Source: an uncultured Gammaproteobacteria bacterium (GTDB taxonomy: Bacteria > Patescibacteriota > Microgenomatia > Daviesbacterales > UBA10151). From it: a stretch of DNA of 7,268 nucleotides. The DNA lies in the NCBI GenBank assembly GCA_964522265.1, contig CAZFVS010000013.1, positions 1,373-8,640 on the forward strand, given 5' to 3'. The notes under the pieces are model-generated. The model did no database searches, was not told where the DNA came from, and worked only from the letters and a program-made list of their open reading frames with translations. Each line of letters begins with the position of its first letter. The first letter of the stretch is position 1. This document shows positions 1-4,465 of the stretch, one piece after another. Both the position numbers and the translations under genes were made by a program.

Positions 1-15
1 GTGCTCTTCCGATCT
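1..15. other. Illumina TruSeq-type adapter remnant (GTGCTCTTCCGATCT), a technical artefact at the contig end
   Basis: Bases 1-15 read GTGCTCTTCCGATCT, which matches the 3' terminal 15 nt of the common Illumina adapter (...GTGTGCTCTTCCGATCT). It sits at the extreme end of the sequence. Confidence 0.85.
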
Positions 16-298
16 AATAAATATAACTTTTACCTTTTTGCAGCTGCCCGGGTTCACCCTGGGATGACAGAATCAGGTAACCTCCATAGATAATTGCCAA
101 AAGAGCTACCCCGCCAATAAGCCCTAAACCGATCCCATAAAGCCTTGAGGAAAAACCAACCGGATCCGTCGGGATACATCCTAAATCTGTCTTTACTTCA
201 TTGCTGCTGCAATCTATGGCCAGCACCTTACTTTTTTCGGTTAAGCCAAGTAAAAAACCAACAAGCAATGCTACTGCAAAAGATGTTTTTTTTCTCAT
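14..298 (-). CDS. Pilin-like small membrane protein P1 (T4SS-pilin / TrbC-VirB2-like topology); 3'-truncated with an artefactual stop
   Basis: The ATG is at 298..296; the track ORF begins at an upstream TTG at 319. The N-terminus MRKKTSFAVALLVGFLLGL...VLA is signal-peptide-like. A D-C-x10-C-I-P motif follows, then a TM helix (IGLGLIGGVALLAIIYGGYLIL) and a polar loop SSQGEPGQLQKGK, as in the paralogs. The second TM helix seen in the paralogs is missing. The TAG stop at 16..14 uses adapter bases 14-15, so the true C-terminus is lost. Confidence 0.7.
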   Translation of the reverse strand: MRKKTSFAVALLVGFLLGLTEKSKVLAIDCSSNEVKTDLGCIPTDPVGFSSRLYGIGLGLIGGVALLAIIYGGYLILSSQGEPGQLQKGKSYIY

Positions 299-299
299 A

Positions 300-629
300 T
301 TAATCACACCCAATACCAAACCCCAGGATGCAATCCGAACCGCTGATCACTGAAATAGCCTTGATAATAGCAAAGCTTAGTAATATTATTACTAATCCCA
401 CAACAGACCAGGTCAGGCTTTTTTTGGCCTGTTCTACTTTAGATATATCACCTCCGGCAGTTAAAAATCTGATACCGGAAATTATTATAAAAAAAGAGGC
501 CACAACCCCTGCAAACCCCAGCATAAAATTGATAATATTACCAAAAAAGAACGGGATACAGCTTAAAGGAGTTGGTGTATTCTGGTCCAAACAATCAGCT
601 GCTGTGATAACTATCGAACTTAAGGCCAT
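300..629 (-). CDS. Pilin-like small membrane protein P2
   Basis: The ORF is 109 aa with an in-frame TAA three codons upstream of the ATG at 629. It carries D-C-x10-C-I-P, then TM1 (FMLGFAGVVASFFIIISGIRFL), the loop TAGGDISKVEQAKKSL, and TM2 (VVGLVIILLSFAIIKAI). The GGD-x2-K-x3-A-K/R-K-x-L loop is shared with P4, and the overall pattern with P1 and P3. Its stop at 300-302 lies 1 nt from the P1 ATG. There is no clear basic signal-peptide n-region. Confidence 0.7.
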   Translation of the reverse strand: MALSSIVITAADCLDQNTPTPLSCIPFFFGNIINFMLGFAGVVASFFIIISGIRFLTAGGDISKVEQAKKSLTWSVVGLVIILLSFAIIKAISVISGSDCILGFGIGCD

Positions 630-689
630 ACCATTAGATTATCAACTGAGGGTAGCAAAAGCAAGAAATTAAACAACCGTGCCGGAAAA

Positions 690-1103
690 CTACTTGCAGT
701 TAGGGTTTCCGCCCAAAATAGGCAGCTGGAAACCGCATTTCAACGGATTATCCACACCTAAAACTGTAAAAAGAACCTGCAGAATCAGGAACGTACCGGC
801 TACAACTACAATACCAATAATTGCTGAAACAATATGTTTCCTGGCTGACTCTATAGCCATTTTATCCCCCCGCGACGTAATCCAGCGGATGCCCCCATAC
901 ATTAAATAGACAACTGCCAAAAAGATGGCTAAACCAAAAACCATTTTTATTACCAGTTGTGGTACATCTTCAAACTGGGTATCCGGGTTAACAAAACCCG
1001 GAGGAGGTGTAAATTGAGTTACCGCCAATACCGAAGATACAGCTGTAAAAAAACCAAACACCAAACCCAAAAAGGCAGTTATTTTTTTCATAATACCAGG
1101 CAT
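690..1103 (-). CDS. Pilin-like small membrane protein P3
   Basis: ATG candidates are at 1103 (MPGIMKKITAF...) and 1091 (MKKITAFLGLVFGFFTAVSSVLA, a classic signal peptide). The track start at 1178 is a GTG that would add a 25-29 aa non-signal leader and overlap the abiE promoter. After the signal peptide come TM1 (MVFGLAIFLAVVYLMYGGIRWI), the loop TSRGDKMAIESARKHI, TM2 (AIIGIVVVAGTFLILQVLF) and a Cys-x12-Cys tail. Confidence 0.7.
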   Translation of the reverse strand: MPGIMKKITAFLGLVFGFFTAVSSVLAVTQFTPPPGFVNPDTQFEDVPQLVIKMVFGLAIFLAVVYLMYGGIRWITSRGDKMAIESARKHIVSAIIGIVVVAGTFLILQVLFTVLGVDNPLKCGFQLPILGGNPNCK

Positions 1104-1109
1104 TAAATT

Positions 1110-1139
1110 AATATGACCATAATTTACAAACTTTGTCAA
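1110..1139 (-). promoter_or_regulatory. Candidate sigma70-type promoter for P3 (and possibly P2 and P1)
   Basis: The minus strand has TTGACA at 1139..1134. After a 17-18 nt spacer comes TCATAT/CATATT at 1116..1110. The predicted transcription start is only a few nt upstream of the ATG at 1103. The -10 element is a weak match. Confidence 0.3.
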
Positions 1140-1193
1140 CCCCAAACCGATAATGTAACAATTCAGACTTCTTGACACATTTTGAAGAATAAT

Positions 1194-1222
1194 TTGACAT
1201 TTATAGCTTCCTGGTATATATT
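1194..1222 (+). promoter_or_regulatory. Candidate promoter of the abiEi-abiEii operon
   Basis: TTGACA lies at 1194-1199. After a 15-nt spacer there is TGgTATATA (an extended -10-like element, 1212-1220), or after a 17-nt spacer TATATT at 1217-1222. A weak SD (AAGGG, 1233-1237) precedes the ATG at 1243. A second TTGACA at 1172-1177 forms a direct repeat. Confidence 0.4.
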
Positions 1223-1242
1223 TATTTCAGAAAAGGGCAAAA

Positions 1243-1839
1243 ATGTATACTTTACTGAAACCATTATTAGCTCGGGAGGAGTTATTAAAAAAGAATATCC
1301 ATATCTTTACAGTTCAAGATTTCGAGCGTATTTTTCAAATATCCCCCAATAAAGCTAAGTATTTTCTGGAAGAACAGGTTAAGAAAGGGCTGTTGCTGCG
1401 TCTTAAAAAAGGACTATACACTTTAAGAACTGACCTGCCGGATGAGAAAGAAATAGCCAACGCTCTTTACAAACCATCATACATTTCATTTGCCTATGCG
1501 CTGGCCTACTATAATATCCTACCTGAGATGCCATACTCAATTACTTGTGCAACTACAAAACCAACCCGCCTTTTTACCCTAAACAATCAGGTTTTTAATT
1601 ACTACACCATTAAGACGGAAGCTTATACCGGTTATGTCATTGAGAAAAAAGGCAATAAAACATTTCTGATCGCGGAAGCGGAAAAAGCTTTAGTTGATTA
1701 TCTATACTTTATTTCACTTGGGCGCCAGTTTCCCCATGAGCGTCTGGATGTTTCAAAATTAAACAAAAATAAAGGTTTAAAATATGCTGCTCTTTATAAA
1801 AGGGCGAACCTGTTTAAATTAGTAAAGGAGATTTTATGA
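1243..1839 (+). CDS. abiEi: AbiEi-family antitoxin / transcriptional regulator (type IV TA system)
   Basis: The product is 198 aa, the typical AbiEi size. The N-terminal region is wHTH-like (FTVQDFERIFQISPNKAKYFLEEQVKKGLLLRLKKGLY). It contains a YISFAYALAYYNILPE motif and LIAEAEKALVDYLY, which resemble the conserved AbiEi segments recalled from memory. It overlaps the downstream NTase toxin gene by 4 nt (ATGA). Confidence 0.8.
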   Translation: MYTLLKPLLAREELLKKNIHIFTVQDFERIFQISPNKAKYFLEEQVKKGLLLRLKKGLYTLRTDLPDEKEIANALYKPSYISFAYALAYYNILPEMPYSITCATTKPTRLFTLNNQVFNYYTIKTEAYTGYVIEKKGNKTFLIAEAEKALVDYLYFISLGRQFPHERLDVSKLNKNKGLKYAALYKRANLFKLVKEIL

Positions 1840-2546
1840 TTAGTGAGGAACAAATTAAGATATTGGCCCAAAGACAACAGACAACAGAATTAAATATCAA
1901 TCGTGAGTACTATCAACACCTGTTTTTGTCATATTTTTATCAGCAACCACAATCATCCCAGGTTTATTTTAAGGGTGGCACTGCTTTGAAAGTACTTTAT
2001 AATAGTCCGCGTTTTTCTGAAGACCTGGATTTCAGCAGTACTTTTTCAAATATTAAAGACATAGAACAAGCGATATTAGATACACTAGTTCAAATACAAA
2101 GAGAGAATACTAAAACAGTATTCCAAGAATCTAAGCTTACAAGCGGGGGTTATTTAGGCACAATTGAATTTGAGAGTAGTATTTTAATACTTCTGCAAAT
2201 TTCTCTTCGGCAACGGAACATAACAGGCCAGGTTATGACAGTTACCGGTGATTTTGTACCAGCTTACACAGTTGTATCTCTAAATCAAGATCAATTAGTC
2301 GGAGAAAAATTACAAGCGTTGTTAGAACGCAAAAAACCAAGGGATTTTTATGATCTCTATTTTATGTTAAGGGCAAATTTAGTTTCTATAGAAAAGAGGC
2401 AAGTTTTAAAACAAGCTTTGAAAGTTTTAAAAACTACAGATATTAATTTTGAACAAGAACTAAAGGAGTTTTTGCCAAAAGCCCATTGGGCACTAATCAG
2501 GGATTTTAAAAAGAACCTTGATCAGGAGATTAATCGCTTTATTTAA
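1836..2546 (+). CDS. abiEii: AbiEii/AbiGii-family nucleotidyltransferase toxin (DUF1814-type)
   Basis: The product is 236 aa and carries the hallmark NTase motifs FKGGTALKVLYNSPRFSEDLDF (1968-2033) and KLQALLERKKPRDFYDLYFML. A strong SD (AAGGAG, 1825-1830) lies 5 nt before the ATG at 1836. The ATGA overlap with abiEi indicates translational coupling. Confidence 0.85.
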   Translation: MISEEQIKILAQRQQTTELNINREYYQHLFLSYFYQQPQSSQVYFKGGTALKVLYNSPRFSEDLDFSSTFSNIKDIEQAILDTLVQIQRENTKTVFQESKLTSGGYLGTIEFESSILILLQISLRQRNITGQVMTVTGDFVPAYTVVSLNQDQLVGEKLQALLERKKPRDFYDLYFMLRANLVSIEKRQVLKQALKVLKTTDINFEQELKEFLPKAHWALIRDFKKNLDQEINRFI

Positions 2547-2554
2547 AACAAATT

Positions 2555-2581
2555 TTGAATGTTTCATATTATAATTATAAT
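2555..2581 (+). promoter_or_regulatory. Candidate promoter for the 2631-4109 gene
   Basis: TTGAAT lies at 2555-2560. After a 15-nt spacer there is a perfect TATAAT at 2576-2581, with a second overlapping TATAAT at 2570-2575. The region between the abiEii stop (2546) and the next gene is AT-rich. Confidence 0.35.
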
Positions 2582-2630
2582 GGAATAAATTACCGTGCAG
2601 TCAGCTGCTCTGTATTATGTGACAATCAGG

Positions 2631-4109
2631 ATGTTTGTAAAAAAAACCGATTTCGGTTATATCAAGGTTATTATTTTAATATTCGGATTACTCCTTTTTT
2701 GGGCTTATACTTTTAAAAACCTAAAAACAGGTACCCAAATCCCAATCTCCACTATCACTGAAGACCAAACAAACCCGGCAATAGGCTCCGTTTGCCAGAA
2801 GGGAGACGGTTCAGTTATAATTGATGCTCCATCATTCCATTTCTCTGATAAAGACGGCAAAATAGCTCCGTCTTGGAGTAGCAACAGACAATATAAAAAA
2901 GTTCTTTCCAATATCCTGGTAAAAGCACTAGAATTTTACGAAGGCCATCATGTATATGACACTAACAATGAAAGAGATTTGCTTTCCGCGGGTGAAAAAT
3001 ACAAAGATCCTGGTACAGGTGTTGAATATAAGATCTACGCGCTCGCCGGCGACAGGAAAAATCCTGATAAATCTGGGGGCACCAGTAATTCTAATTACTG
3101 CAATTCCAAAGTTAGCGAAAAGCCTGAGTGTCAGATTTTTTATGCCGAATACGATATTTTACTTCTAGTAAAGTTAGGCAGTGACGGCAAGCCTGTTACT
3201 GCTGGCGGACCTTTTACAGGCAAGAAAAATACTGATTGGGATGTATTAGTAGCTGCAGATATCTACCAGGCTGTTGACAGCCCCAAGACATTAGCGGACT
3301 GGATGTTGGACTGCCGGTTTGACGAACATGGCAAGCAGATTGGGATCAATAATACAGGAACCGGCACCAATACTCAGGATAGCTCCTCCATCCAGTTCAT
3401 ACCCGAAGACCCTAGCAAAAAAAGTCCTGACCAAAAAGAGCTGCAGCTGGAAACTTTTTATTTAAAAAGAAAGATAACCAGAATCACCACGCCTTCTCAG
3501 GGGACGCTTTTCGCCTTAGGCTGCAAACCGGCAATCTACCTGTATCCCCAAACACCTATCCGGGTTAATGTTAAAGTTAACACTAAAGGCAGTTTTACTT
3601 TTACAGATCCTGTATATCCTCCAGGCGGCTGGAATACACTGGCTACTGCAAATGGTGATATTTTTGTTGATGAACAAAAATATCCTTATTTGTATTATGA
3701 ATCTAAAATTCCGGATGAATTAGTAAAAATCCCCAGTCAGGGTTTGGTTGTAGAATTTTTCAAGCTAGATTCCCTTTATGATACTCTTTTACCCAATTTA
3801 GGGTTAAATGAAGTTCAAACCAAAGACTTTAAAGACTATTGGTTAAAAACATTACCCTATTCTCCGTATTATTTTGTAGGTATTATGAACCAGGAAGACA
3901 TCAATGCTATTGAACCTTTAGAAATCACTCCAAAACCTGATTTAGTAAGTAGAGTCAGATTATATTTCCAGGCTTTAGACAAAAAAATGGATCCCTCCCT
4001 CCCCAACATACAACCCTCAACTTATAACTCTCAACCTGGTTTCCGGGTTGTAGAATGGGGCGGGATGTTTAAATCAGACCCTCTACATCCTTTTACATGC
4101 TCGCAGTGA
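2631..4109 (+). CDS. Membrane-anchored (N-terminal TM or signal-anchor) two-domain protein of unknown function
   Basis: The long ORF ends at TGA 4107-4109. The ATG at 2631 gives MFVKKTDFGYIKVIILIFGLLLFWAYTF, a basic n-region followed by a hydrophobic helix. The track start at 2595 is a GTG and remains possible. An N-terminal domain spans roughly residues 40-240. A Thr/Gly/Ser/Asn-rich linker (INNTGTGTNTQDSSS) lies at 3344-3388. The C-terminal domain starts at CKPAIYLYPQTPIRVNV (3522). I recognise no catalytic motif. Confidence 0.75.
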   Translation: MFVKKTDFGYIKVIILIFGLLLFWAYTFKNLKTGTQIPISTITEDQTNPAIGSVCQKGDGSVIIDAPSFHFSDKDGKIAPSWSSNRQYKKVLSNILVKALEFYEGHHVYDTNNERDLLSAGEKYKDPGTGVEYKIYALAGDRKNPDKSGGTSNSNYCNSKVSEKPECQIFYAEYDILLLVKLGSDGKPVTAGGPFTGKKNTDWDVLVAADIYQAVDSPKTLADWMLDCRFDEHGKQIGINNTGTGTNTQDSSSIQFIPEDPSKKSPDQKELQLETFYLKRKITRITTPSQGTLFALGCKPAIYLYPQTPIRVNVKVNTKGSFTFTDPVYPPGGWNTLATANGDIFVDEQKYPYLYYESKIPDELVKIPSQGLVVEFFKLDSLYDTLLPNLGLNEVQTKDFKDYWLKTLPYSPYYFVGIMNQEDINAIEPLEITPKPDLVSRVRLYFQALDKKMDPSLPNIQPSTYNSQPGFRVVEWGGMFKSDPLHPFTCSQ

Positions 4110-4113
4110 GCTT

Positions 4114-4461
4114 TTAATTGAATTTAAAGAAAAAATCCTGGCTGCCGCCAAAAACCGTAATTACTACCCGGGTTATAAAAAAAGCCCCCATTACCACTAC
4201 CAGTCCAATCACGGAAAAAAGTAATCTTTTTCTTGCAGAAGCAAGCTTCTCGATATCCCCTCCCGAAAGAATCAATCCCACCCCGGAAAAAATTATAAAA
4301 ATCACTGCTAAAAAAAGCGCTGCCAAAAACAGCAGGTCAAATCCGGTCCCAAAAATATTTTTAAGTATGTCTTCCGGATTACCAGTCAGTGCTTCCGGTA
4401 TCCCGCTGGGGGGTACTACGGGTTGGTTTCCCGGCATTGTAAATTGGGCTATGGTCTTCAT
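4114..4461 (-). CDS. Pilin-like small membrane protein P4
   Basis: The ORF is 115 aa. It has TM1 (LLFLAALFLAVIFIIFSGVGLIL), the loop SGGDIEKLASARKRL and TM2 (VIGLVVVMGAFFITRVVITVF). The loop pattern GGD-x2-K-x3-A-K/R-K-x-L matches P2. The ATG at 4461 lies 4 nt after the Clp stop codon, and the gene's own stop at 4114-4116 lies 4 nt from the convergent TGA at 4107-4109. There is no obvious signal peptide (the N-terminus is MKTIAQFTMPGNQPVVPP). Confidence 0.7.
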   Translation of the reverse strand: MKTIAQFTMPGNQPVVPPSGIPEALTGNPEDILKNIFGTGFDLLFLAALFLAVIFIIFSGVGLILSGGDIEKLASARKRLLFSVIGLVVVMGAFFITRVVITVFGGSQDFFFKFN

Positions 4462-4465
4462 ATTT

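Noticed and set aside
630-676. Possible frameshift restoring a signal peptide to P2. A +1-frame mini-ORF (TTG at 676) reads MFNFLLLLPSVDNLMVWP-stop just upstream of the P2 ATG.
   Set aside because: This is attractive because P2 lacks a basic n-region. However, it needs both a TTG start and an undetected indel, and the hydrophobic stretch is short. The sequence alone gives no support. Checking it would need reads or orthologs.
328-909. Plus-strand track ORFs 328..672 (114 aa) and 679..909 (76 aa), which lie opposite the pilin-like genes.
   Set aside because: They are entirely antisense to ORFs with coherent signal-peptide and two-TM architecture. Their translations are low-information, the second starts at a GTG, and neither has promoter or SD support. 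They are typical shadow ORFs.
299-1178. Longer N-terminal extensions proposed by the track: a TTG start at 319 for P1 and a GTG start at 1178 for P3.
   Set aside because: Both use non-ATG codons and put 7-29 extra residues in front of a canonical M-(R/K)KK signal peptide. The start at 319 would overlap P2 by 20 nt. The start at 1178 would run through the divergent promoter region and the predicted P3 promoter.
2705-3168. Track ORFs 2705..2911 (minus strand) and 2950..3168 (plus strand, out of frame) inside the 2631-4109 gene.
   Set aside because: They are short and nested within a much longer uninterrupted ORF. They show no independent start signals.
4099-4116. Hairpin GCTC-GCAGT-GAGC followed by TTTT between the convergent genes, considered as a bidirectional intrinsic terminator.
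   Set aside because: The stem is only 4 bp and it overlaps the TGA stop at 4107-4109. That is too weak to call a terminator.
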